Assembly: GCA_027604505.1 (NCBI GenBank)
Contig: JADIIX010000024.1
Location: 124,001-188,000 of the forward strand
Direction of reading: 5' to 3'
From: Gonapodya sp. JEL0774
Taxonomy: Eukaryota
Length of the DNA stretch: 64,000 bases
This document shows, piece by piece, positions 1 through 10,031 of the stretch. A model generated the notes under the pieces. That model was not told the DNA's origin and ran no database searches. It saw only the letters and a program-made list of their open reading frames with translations. Positions within the stretch are counted from its first letter, which is position 1, and the number at the start of each line of letters is the position of its first letter. The position numbers were made by a program, and so were the translations under genes.

Positions 1-98
1 CTCCACTCACTCAATTATTGCGCCCTGTGGAGTTTAGTTCGGTAGAGGCAGTCCACAGCAGTTCCCCACTGAAACCATTCAACCTGTTGTTGGGCAGG

Positions 99-1584
99 AT
101 GTCTGGGCTTTCTCTGAGACTTGGAGCAGGCCAACGAATATGTGCGCTTTGTCCGCTCACGCGTTTTTCTTTGCCGGACTTGCGTGGTTCATTCAATTCC
201 CATTTCCCTCACAAAGCTCCATATCAGCGACTGTTCGATATTCCAGCTTCTGTAAACCCGAAATACGCTCCTAAAGAGGTTTGTAGCTCGTAAATGCTGT
301 CGCCTGTTTCTCCATCGTCTCCCTCACGATGCTCTCGGTCACTTCTTGTCCATCCAAACAGGTGATCCCTCAACCCCTCGTTCACATCGACCCAGACGCT
401 CTCGCCCGACTCGACTACACCTTTCAGTTTCAAAAAGATCTCATTCGGGAAGTCGAGGACTTCAGGCGTGACCGCAAGGACACTGCGGAAAGGATAAAGA
501 AGTGGAAGGAGGCTAAGGCAGCCCCTCGGGAAAGGGAAGTGGAAAGGACAGCGACAGATCACGAGCAGAGCGCAGTGACGACAAATGGACTCGTTTCTGC
601 GATGCCTGGAGTGCCGGCCGTCAGCACACAACACGCGCCCGCATCCGGACAAGGCAATCCACCTAACCTTGGGGCAGTTCCCACCGGTCGTCCACTTCCT
701 CCTGCTCTGCCCCCCCGGCGCGACCCTTCCGCCACCTCCGCCACAAATTTAAATCAAGCGGTGCCATCAGGAGGTGGAGGAGGTGGTGGTGGTGGCACGC
801 CTCCACTCGACGCAGGCCGGATAGGGGGAAACGGAAGTTACCTAACAACGACGCCGCCCAGAGACACTGGTCGAACGGGTGACACAGGCGTTAGTACCAG
901 CGTGGGTGCAGGTCAGTTGGCTCTATCGGAAAAGCCGTCTTTGCTTCTTCCTCTCGCACGCACCATCACACTGGCTCATTCCGTCCCCGTCCGCTCCCGC
1001 AAGGTCCCAACACCGCATTTGCCCCGCCTCGCCCAAATGTCCTCGTTCCTGACGCTCAACCCATGCCTCTCCACGCTCGCGCACAATCCCAAACAGGTCT
1101 AGGCATTCACTCGTGGGAAACCAATCACGACGCGAGCAACCCCGTTCCCCTTGGGAGAGTGAGTCTCGCGCTCTTTCCTCCGCCCTACGTGAATTATTTC
1201 ACGTTTCACAACCCCCAACCTGTACCTTACTTCCCGCCTCCCCACCAGGCCGCCTCCACATCCACCCTCGCCGCTTTCGACCCCGTTCCTCCCACAGACC
1301 CTTGGGACGTTGTCGTCACATCCCGCGACGCACTTCGGGACATCTACGGTTCTGGCGCGGGCACAGGCACAGGCACTGGTGTAGCACCCTCTCCCCCACC
1401 CCAACAGGGCCTTCCACTGCAGGGACAAACCGGGCACAGTCAGTACTACCCACCACAACAGCAGAATCGACCGACACCGCCACCTCCGCCGCCAAGAGGT
1501 GGAGTGGCGATGCCGGGGATGATTGGGGGTCAGGCGTTGCAAGGGTTGGGACAGGGGATGCAGGGGTACGGGAGGGGATATTAG
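99..1584 (+). CDS. UMA-domain protein (UBAP1/MVB12-like ESCRT-I associated subunit) with long Pro/Gly-rich tail; exons 99-141, 217-278, 362-911, 1004-1584
   Basis: GT-AG splicing gives MSGLSLRLGAGQRISPYQRLFDIPASVNPKYAPKEVIPQPLVHIDPDALARLDYTFQFQKDLIREVEDF. This matches the UMA pattern L-x-D-[VI]-P...K-[FY]...P...Y-x-F-x-x-[EQ]-K at the N-terminus, followed by a coiled coil as in UBAP1. The C-terminus is low complexity. Confidence 0.6.
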
Positions 1585-2036
1585 GTTGGGTTTGTATGTG
1601 GTGAACGGAACACCAGGGACCTTGGTGCCGTTGAGATACCGTATTTCGTTGATCTCGATTCTAGATTGTAAATAGTACTGCATACGAGATATGAGCGGGG
1701 AATACCGGTGCTTGAGACAGCCGGAACATCCCCAGGTCCAGTTATTGTATGTCGAAGTATTAGGTCGCCTGCTCGCACTTCCTCGAGATCAGGAAACACA
1801 CGCGACAAGACAAACAGGATTATGGTCCTTCGTTTGCACTTACTGTGTGTCGTGTAGGGAGATGACTCATCACGCTGCATTCCAACACATAATTCTCGCC
1901 ACCATCACACAGCACAGTCAGATATGGTGCACCGCAGGAAACACATCACGCTATATTTAGCTTTGGGGCAACTCTTCTGTCAATGTATTAAGTGCATTGT
2001 TTCAAACTTACAAATCTGGCGGTCACATTGTTTAGA

Positions 2037-2123
2037 GGCGAGCCTTTCGCTGTCTGCGGGGCAAAAGTGCCAGACCGACGTTCCCAGGGTGTGCGGCGTG
2101 GACGCCGCTCGCCAAGGCACCCC
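2037..2123 (-). ncRNA. HDV/CPEB3-like self-cleaving ribozyme, copy A (predicted cleavage 5' of G at 2123)
   Basis: Minus strand: P1 GGGGUGC/ACACCCU (G-U first pair), P2 GGCGAGC/GCUCGCC, P3 GCG/CGC, L3 UCCACGC, P1.1 GG, P4 GUCUG/CAGAC plus GCA/UGC, J4/2 with C-G-A-A. Confidence 0.75.
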
Positions 2124-2499
2124 ATCCTGCGTTTCCTCGGTCCTGCGTGCTCCTCAGTCCCGCAAATCATTGCAACTGCCCTTTGCCTTTCTCCCACGGC
2201 GATCACGGTGTATTATGTAACGGCTCTCAAGCTTAGCAAAGAAATTATTCTGATATGCGCTAAGCTAGTTTTGCAACTAACAGTGGCGAGTCGAAATAGT
2301 AAACTGGAGAGAAACAGGCCCCCGAGGATCATAATATTACAGGGTGAAAGGCAGATAATAAAAACACGACAAAAAAATAGGAAATCTATGGAAAGTTATA
2401 CGCAAATAAATAAGAGACTCTACACACGCACCGTGTCTCGACCCCTTGCGACCAATGCCCCCCGTCTCCCCCACCCCCCGTCCAGCCTGTTTCCATACT

Positions 2500-4119
2500 T
2501 CTGGCTACTGCCGTCCCACACCAACCTAAACCAACCGTAGCCTCCACACTCCGGGCCTCGACTTCCTCGATCCATGCGTTGTCCCTCTTCCCACCATATC
2601 CTCCCGCAGCTTGAGTATCTAAAATTTGTGCTACCGCTCGGCTTTCTACGCGTAATGCCGGATCCGGGGCATCCGAGTCGGTGGTTGAGAACTTTCTAGG
2701 AATGTAAAAAAGACGATGTGGCCGAGTTGCGTTGACCCTTTGGACAATCTTGAAGAGCCGGTGACGGAGGAGACTGGGAGATGAAGGAAGAACGAGGAGA
2801 ATGAAGACCATGGGAAGTACGAGAGCTCATTTGTACGTGTTGGGGATACTGATCGAGTGTTTAGGCCGGCAGCGACGGCAGCGACATTGCTGGGGTTTTG
2901 CTTCGGACAACATGAGAGGGGTGGAAGAGTAGCGGCCAAGAATAACTAGGGCAGACCAGCGGGTAGTGTTACAGAATGTACGGGGAGACACTGCGCAGAT
3001 AAAACAGATAATTACCTCCAAAAGACTGATGGCTGCGTCCAACCCTGTCGCAGTCTCCGTCTTTTCCCACACTCCATCCTCCAATCTTAGCACCCACTCA
3101 GTAATTCCTTTTCGGTTCGACTCCTGGTTCAACGACGTTTTCATCTTCTTCATCCTCAACCTCTGCTCTCGTAGTCAAACCTAGCAACAGACCGATGATC
3201 TTTCCGGTTCCTGCTGCTGCTGCGGCAGCGACCGACCCTGCAGCAGGACGAAGAGATTCACAAGCCCTCAGTCACGCAATAGACCATCGCAGTTAAATTC
3301 GATGCGAGGCTTGAGGATACAGTTGGGGGGAAGGAGAGGTAAAGTGTGGTGAATGTATGGGGAGGTAGTGGTGGAGCCGGGGGGTATGGTGAGGATAAAG
3401 AAGCAGGGCGATATTGCATGGTGTTGAGGATGGAGGCACCAAAGTGCTGAGGACTTTGCCCCACTCGGAGCGGAGGTAGGGGAGGTTTATTCTTGTGACT
3501 TTCGGTGGGTGAGGAAAAGGAAAGAGATTGCGCTGCCGCTTCCCGCAGAGTTATTTGTACGTTATGTTCCTGAACACTCTTGACGATCTCCTTGGAAGCT
3601 TGTTCCGCTTAGGGTTTGGCTGTGGGGACCCATTTGACGTCCGCCCGTGGTCAAGACCGATGAGGACCAAAAAGACCAAGAGGGAGGCGTAAACGAGGGG
3701 AGCGACACCCAGGTGGATGATTGACTGTCGCGGAAAGAATCTCATGAGCTGTGATCATATCACATTTCGAGTGGTGTTCAGTGGCCACGAGCGGCATCAG
3801 GTGGGCGTTGGTTGGGTTCAAGGCCAGCGTTAGGCGGGGGAGGGATGTCTGCAGCGGTGGTGACAGCATCATCTTGGCTGATGGGTTCCACGGGGATTGT
3901 GGGAAAGGTTGTTGCCGAAGGTCAATGGACGGCATTGAGCAGAGGACCACGCGTGCCAGCTGCAGGAGAAGACAACTCGGGTTGGCCTTGAGAGGGTTAA
4001 GAGGGTCGGGGCGGGGTCGCCGACGGGCTTACTTGGGCCTGCGGTGCTAGGGATGCAGCGACTGCGGGTATTGGAGCACCTGGGGGCAAAGATGATGGCC
4101 CGGCAGCTATGGATGACAT
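2500..4119 (-). pseudogene. Probable decayed or fragmented protein-coding sequence of unknown family (boundaries approximate)
   Basis: Protein-like blocks (MSSIAAGPSSLPPG; EQASKEIVKSVQEHNVQITLREAAA; GTGKIIGLLLGLTTRAEVEDEEDENVVE; EWVLRLEDGVWEKTETATGLDAAISLLE) and splice-like sites. I could not join them without stops or frameshifts. Confidence 0.3.
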
Positions 4120-4853
4120 GTTATCAAGGAAAGAGAGAGCATTTATCGGCGGTGTCTGGGAATACTTCAGAGTAGAGCCCAGTTTTGGAGCACAATAGAT
4201 CCTGCTCAAGAAATGTGTATGAGAGGGAGGTTACACACTATAGTAGAAAGATATACAGACTCACCACAAAGACAGTTGAATCGCACCTCTCCCCACTCGA
4301 GGAGGTTCAGAACCATCCACCGGGACGATGGACATACCAGCATCTAAAATGCTCTGGTCGGGTGGCGGCACGGTCCAGCAGTTTTCAGTCCGGAAAACGT
4401 TACGTGATGTGTCCGTGTGGTGGCTCCACGCGGAGAACCGGAATCACCTTTGGCACCTCGCCCCTTTCTGTCCTTCATATTCACTCCACCTCGACAAACC
4501 ACCATGTGTCCGCTCAGCCACCAGGAACGCCCACGAACCCATCACATGACACGACCGTCCCCCCCCCACCCCCCCCCTTGCCCCCACCACGCCCACCCCA
4601 CCTCCCTCCACCTCCCTCGCCGCTCTCACGCCCCGCCCCCACTCCACTCAGTCCGCCCTCTCAAAATCTCACGCCTTCCACCTGCAAGACCTCAAAACCT
4701 CCCAGTTTCACTCCTTCCATACTCAGAATGTTACGGACCCTCTCACAAACTGTCCCACACCCCCTCAACCAGCTCCCACCCCTTCCCCCCCACTTCTCTC
4801 CACCTTCCCCCCACGCGCCCTCGCCCCACCCCCATTCCACTCCATCCGCATTC

Positions 4854-6074
4854 TCAAACGCCTACACCTTCCACATGCAAGATTTCAACACCTCCGAACC
4901 TCGCCTCCATACTCTGCAGAATGTCATATCCGAACGATGAGCCCACATCCACCCGCAGGTAGAGAGACGGAGGCGCGATCTCGGTGTCACAATCCAGCTT
5001 GGCCTCGTTTACGTCGCAACCAAACGAATTGGACGGAGGGACAGCGGTAGAAGGAGAGGATGACGTAGAGGTCAATGAAGACGGAGCGTGCACCATCCCA
5101 TCGTGTCCAAGCTTCGGTGTCGGCGGGGCGGAAGGGAAGGGGGCAGTGTTCACAGGAGTAAGAATCGGTAAAGATGGCGGCCCAGAGAGGTGAGATGAGC
5201 TAGCGCGTGCGTCAGAGTGGAGAAATGTGGGAGCTTGGACAGGGCGAGGGGCGAAGAAGGGTGGGCAGGAGCCTTCCTCTGCGAAAGAAGACCGAGGACG
5301 GGATTCCGTTCCAGTGGCTGTAACAGCGGGGTGACGAGGAAAACGCGGAGTGGGCGCGCGCCACGGTCGGCGAGGTGTTGCCCGGATCGCACTCTGAGGG
5401 CGGGGTGGTGGCTGCAGGAGCATAGTTCCACCCCGGGTCAGTAGCAAGACAAGTCTCAGATTGAACTCCGTGATCCACCGCAAATAGTCAGGACTCACCT
5501 CCTGCCAGGGCTCCGGCTCCGGCACACGAATTCGGTGCCCTTGACCGATTGCCAGGAGCAATGCACGTCGCACGATCTCCGCCTTGGTGATGGGCCGGGC
5601 CTCAAAGGGCGGTTTGGGGACAGGGATGATGACGGGCAGGAGATCTTCGAGGAGTTGGTCGAGGTCCTGCAGTGATACAAGGTGTTTGGTGTGAGTGACC
5701 AATTCGCGAAAGGGGACCGTCAGGGCAACCAAACGCCAACATAAAAGCAGAGCCAGGGAACTCACGGTGACATCGGTGGTGGAATCGACAACGCATGTAT
5801 GCTGCGCACGCACTGTGGGTGACCGAACGGTCGGAGGCGGTGGGGAGGGTTTGGGGCGGCGGAAAAGGGAGGTGAGGGCATGGAGCAAGGAACGGTGGGG
5901 AGGAGGTGCGGTTGGGTGACGGTTGGCATCTTGGCTTGGCACTCCAACGGATCTGAATCCGTGGCACGCTGGAGAGGCGTTCGTGGGAGTTGAGAGGGTG
6001 GGGTGGGAAGAGGCGGGTGGTGGAGGCGCGGTGATTGGACGAGACGTAGGGAGGAGAGAGGAGGGAAATGGCAT
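4854..6074 (-). CDS. Hypothetical Pro/Ser-rich protein; probable in-frame introns 5765-5667 and 5498-5412
   Basis: The 441-aa ORF reads through two GTGAGT...CTGAC...CTGCAG segments of 99 and 87 nt. ATG at 6074. Confidence 0.55.
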   Translation of the reverse strand: MPFPSSLLPTSRPITAPPPPASSHPTLSTPTNASPACHGFRSVGVPSQDANRHPTAPPPHRSLLHALTSLFRRPKPSPPPPTVRSPTVRAQHTCVVDSTTDVTVSSLALLLCWRLVALTVPFRELVTHTKHLVSLQDLDQLLEDLLPVIIPVPKPPFEARPITKAEIVRRALLLAIGQGHRIRVPEPEPWQEVSPDYLRWITEFNLRLVLLLTRGGTMLLQPPPRPQSAIRATPRRPWRAPTPRFPRHPAVTATGTESRPRSSFAEEGSCPPFFAPRPVQAPTFLHSDARASSSHLSGPPSLPILTPVNTAPFPSAPPTPKLGHDGMVHAPSSLTSTSSSPSTAVPPSNSFGCDVNEAKLDCDTEIAPPSLYLRVDVGSSFGYDILQSMEARFGGVEILHVEGVGV

Positions 6075-8094
6075 TGTGAAGGAATGTAAAGGGAGAAGAG
6101 CGGGTGAAAGAACAGGAAGAGAAAGGGAGCGGAGCTGTTGGACTTTTAGAAAGAGATTGCGCTTAGCTTTCAGAATCATTTCATCGGTGAGAGATTCACG
6201 ACACTCACACCCTATCCCGACAAAGAGCCCACCGGATATGCACGGGTACAGATGGTGACGGTGATGGATTCGCGTTTCCGTTGCGGTGATGCGTGGGGGA
6301 GGATTGGGGGATGAGTTTGGTCAGCGATCAGACGAGACGCGTCGAGAGGATCAAGACCGCACAGATGACGCGACAGTAACAACAAAGAGGGGATCGCAGG
6401 GATCGCTCTCTTAATACTCACGGTAGAGCGTATGGGAGTGTACCGGAGGGGTTTCGAAGTTGCGGAAGGGGTCGGCGACGAGGGCTTTGATGGAGACGAG
6501 GAGTGAGTCGAGAGATCCAAGAATGCGCAGTGGGAGAGCTCACAATTGTTAGCGAATAGCGATGAGATGTCGAAGTAACGATGATGCGCGAGTCGTAAAT
6601 GTGTGATTTGCGATTTCGAAGAATCCGGTTCGATGAGCCAACCGCGTTCTTTTATGTGCCACCCACCCTTCCAGTCCATCTCCGACCCAAGGCATCCGTT
6701 CCAAAATACATTTAGCCGATCCAGATTGGTCCCGTGCAGTATCAAGGATAATGAGAATACAAAAGCAACGATGAAGATTGCGTCCGGACAACTCAGCTGT
6801 GGGACATTCTCCACCATCATCGCCGTCCTCGCCTGTCCAGACAATGAATCTTGCGGATGTGGACCCCGTGATGGCACTCGTGCGTCGGAAGTGGGTATGA
6901 ATGCTTGCAGAGTTCCATATTGCAAAACTGCACCAAGTGAGTGAGAAGGAATTGGTTGACGTCAGCCCTCCGCCCGGCGAAAATCGAGCCGGCGCCGTGT
7001 GGGGGGGACCCATCCCGCTGCCCATTATTTCGATGTTCCTTCGCTGACAAGTTCGAGTTTGGTTTCATTCGGCATCCGTGGAGCGTAATATCTCCACTGT
7101 TTCGTTCCTTTCTCGTCCGAGGGGGATCTGTTCCCGTTTCGTTTCATGAATCATGACGGAGATCCTGAACGCTGCAATCCGATTCAGATGTATAAAAAAA
7201 CCAGGCACCGAACCCGCGGGTCGGCGATTGCGTCCATCTCCAATGATGATAGCGATCGAGCAAAGATATGGATCAAAACGAAAGCTTCCCAACATTCATG
7301 CGCCTCAACCCTCTCAGTCTCGTAGCAATCCATTCGATTCAAAACTTCGAGCTTGTTTCTACTGGAATTTAGGCCAACCGTCCGGTACAGCACGGGTCGA
7401 TCGAAGATGCATACGGGAACGGCCAACGAAACTAGAGTTTCCTCTGCTAGGATGCGATCAAATGTTGTACCGTCCCGAAGAGCGAGAATGAAGCGAGGCT
7501 CTTGAGAACTCGCTGGAGAAAACAGCATCGTGCGGGAGTCGGGTTTGTCTCTGAAGTGCACATGCCGTGCCGGCATCAAACAGGACGCGAAATCCCACAT
7601 ATATATTGGTGAGGAGCTGGCAATTCGTACAGAAAACCGCATCCGGCGTGAACGTGCAACGCGTCACACCCGCGTACAAGAACAAGAACCTTTCTTCACT
7701 GAATTGACGAAACAGTCGACTGGCACCGTGAGAACACGAAGCACACTCCAGGAATTTTAATAGCATGTCACTCTATTGTGGCGAGTGAAGGTGTACAAGG
7801 AACTATTGACCTCCCAACGAAAGGACAGCAGAACCTCAATGAAATAGATACTGCTGAGAGTTTTACCAGCTTTTTCACTGTAATGTTTCAATTCAACATA
7901 TTATAGTGTCCGTGTGTATCTGCTCATAAGTCGGTGGACTGTTCTGTATAATTGTTATTTAAATTTGGTCACCACCCAACTTACATATAATTGAACTACG
8001 TCGCGCAACGCTTACAGAACACTTTTTTACTGTTTGAGTGCCCCAACTCCAACTTTCTCCCTCCTTTGTTTTGCGGGTTTGTCGCTAGGAAACC

Positions 8095-9722
8095 TCAAAC
8101 GTCAACCACACCAGATATCCCTTTCCGTTTCAGTAACTTCTTGGCCTGAGACCTCTTTGATTCTGAAGGATACACCAATGTCCACGTTTGTTCGGTGGGG
8201 TCTGAAATGTGCCATGGAAGCGTTCTGAGCTCTACTGCTATCAAGTTCACATCTGCGAGGTTGAATCTCAGCCTTGCTGACTCAAACTTTAGTTTGTAAA
8301 GACCAGTAAGTCTTGGTGCTTCTGCGCAAAAGCAGAATCGAAAGAAATGACTATCGAGGTTATTGAAGATGCCCATGTCTTTGAAGGCACTGTTGCAATC
8401 TAGTGTACAAGGAATTGCCAGAGTCAGTTGAAAGTTCAAACAAATGTGACAGCGCCTGCGGGGAAGGCAGCGGCAGGAACCAGAAGACTCACTACGGAAC
8501 CAGAACCAACATTCAGCTTTCCACCCGTTTTTAAATGCCGCGTTGACCACGGGCAAATAGTCACCGTCGCCAGCAATAACAAGAATAGTTCCTTTCTGTT
8601 GCTCCCGCCCTATAACCAAACCTGCCTGGGTTGCAAGTTCGACATCAACACCCTTCTCTTCGTTGAGGGAATTGCGTTTATGAGTTATGACTTTCAGGTT
8701 TTTCCTCTCAAACTTTTGCCAAAGTGTGTCGGTGGATGGTGGTTCAGAACCAACAAGAACCCCTTTCTTGGCCAACTGTCGCTTTTTAAGAACCACGTCT
8801 ACCAATTTGCCATAGTCGATCCTCAGTGGCGAAAGCTCTGGAACTTCAAGTTCCATAAGGATAGGGACAGTCTTCTTGGCCTCAATCCAAACATTTGAGT
8901 TGTCGATGAACAAGTGGACCAGTTCATTTGGGTCATCTTGCACGTCGGTAAACGAGGCTGAACGCGAGTGTACGGCAGTGCTGACTCCTGAACCTGGACA
9001 AGAGGACTCTTTCGGGGGGGCTTTTGCAGCGTCAGCGTATGAAGATGGTTTTGGAGTTGTTGTTGGCGGTGTGGCAACGGCAGCAACTTGGACAGAGGTC
9101 GTGTTCTTCCATGTTTGGAAACTGTCTTCAACGGAATGACACCGATCGCTCACCTGTTTCAATATCCTGTGCACCGTCCCTTGGCGGTTCTAGTGTAGTC
9201 TCCTGACCTTCTTGCAGAACATTTTGTGCGCTAAAAAGCGGCTTCTTCGCCTCGGATCTGACGGGCCCAGATATTCGTGTCGGCTGTGGCTGTTCACCGA
9301 TGGTCTGGGTGTGATTTCCACCCAAACCATTCGCCGCTGTCGTGTTTCCGGGGACAGCAGACGCGTTTGACTGGACGGGGACGCCATCTGACCAAGATTG
9401 GGATCGCAACTCGTTGCGTTCTTTCTCGGTCTTGAGTAGTCGTACTTGCTCTTCCAAATCAGCTATTCTCCGTTGATACTCTTCCGCAGATGGTACCGAT
9501 GCCGATGCAATTCCTTAAATGGAATGGATGCAAAGTTTCAAGGGGCAGGTGGTGGTTTTTGCACGGGTAGTCAGCCGTCGCAACGACGAAATAATGGTGA
9601 CGGCCGGTTTGGGGCGGCCCCCTCAATTCACCGGACGAGGACCCTGGCGCAGCTGGCTCTGCCACCTGTTGGGCGCCATCTCTGCTCGGTTTCGATGCGT
9701 TCTTCTTTCCCTTCTTTCCCAT
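8095..9722 (-). CDS. NYN / LabA-DUF88 (PIN-fold) predicted ribonuclease with N-terminal coiled coil and small C-terminal domain; multi-exon
   Basis: Motifs HLFIDNSNVW, RIDYGKL, GSEPP, EEKGVDVELA and IAGDGDYLP, with all four acidic active-site residues present. Upstream exons MGKKGKKNAS and EEYQRRIADLEEQVRLLK join through GT-AG introns. Confidence 0.85.
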
Positions 9723-10031
9723 GACTGGGAAGGTCACCGTCAACAGGGCTGTGGACTGGGGGGCCACAGCCGGGGTTGTGTCTTTTGTCTCCCTGTGTAC
9801 GTATGGTATTCATTTTTGGGGGCATTTTCTCGGTTCGAATACAATGATGTTCAAGACCAAACTATGAGCCGGATTTGCCGAGGCCCCTCTTCCTTCCCCC
9901 ACTGCGCAGTACCGAACGGACAGCCGTCCGCGGACCGTGGGGCGTTGTTCGGGTTCGTGAGAGAGAGAGACGAGCAAGGTAACGGAAATGAGATGTGAGA
10001 GCAAAAAAGTTTTCCGAGGAAGAGGTGACAA

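Noticed and set aside
2037..2146. Reading the 110-bp repeat as a protein-coding fragment
   Set aside because: No frame shows a consistent synonymous pattern, one candidate frame has a stop in copy B, and the ribozyme fold explains the conservation better.
5540..5770. bHLH-like pattern LDQLLEDLLP..ITKAEIVRRA
   Set aside because: The would-be basic region and helix 1 lie in a probable intron (5765-5667), and no E-x-x-R basic motif is present.
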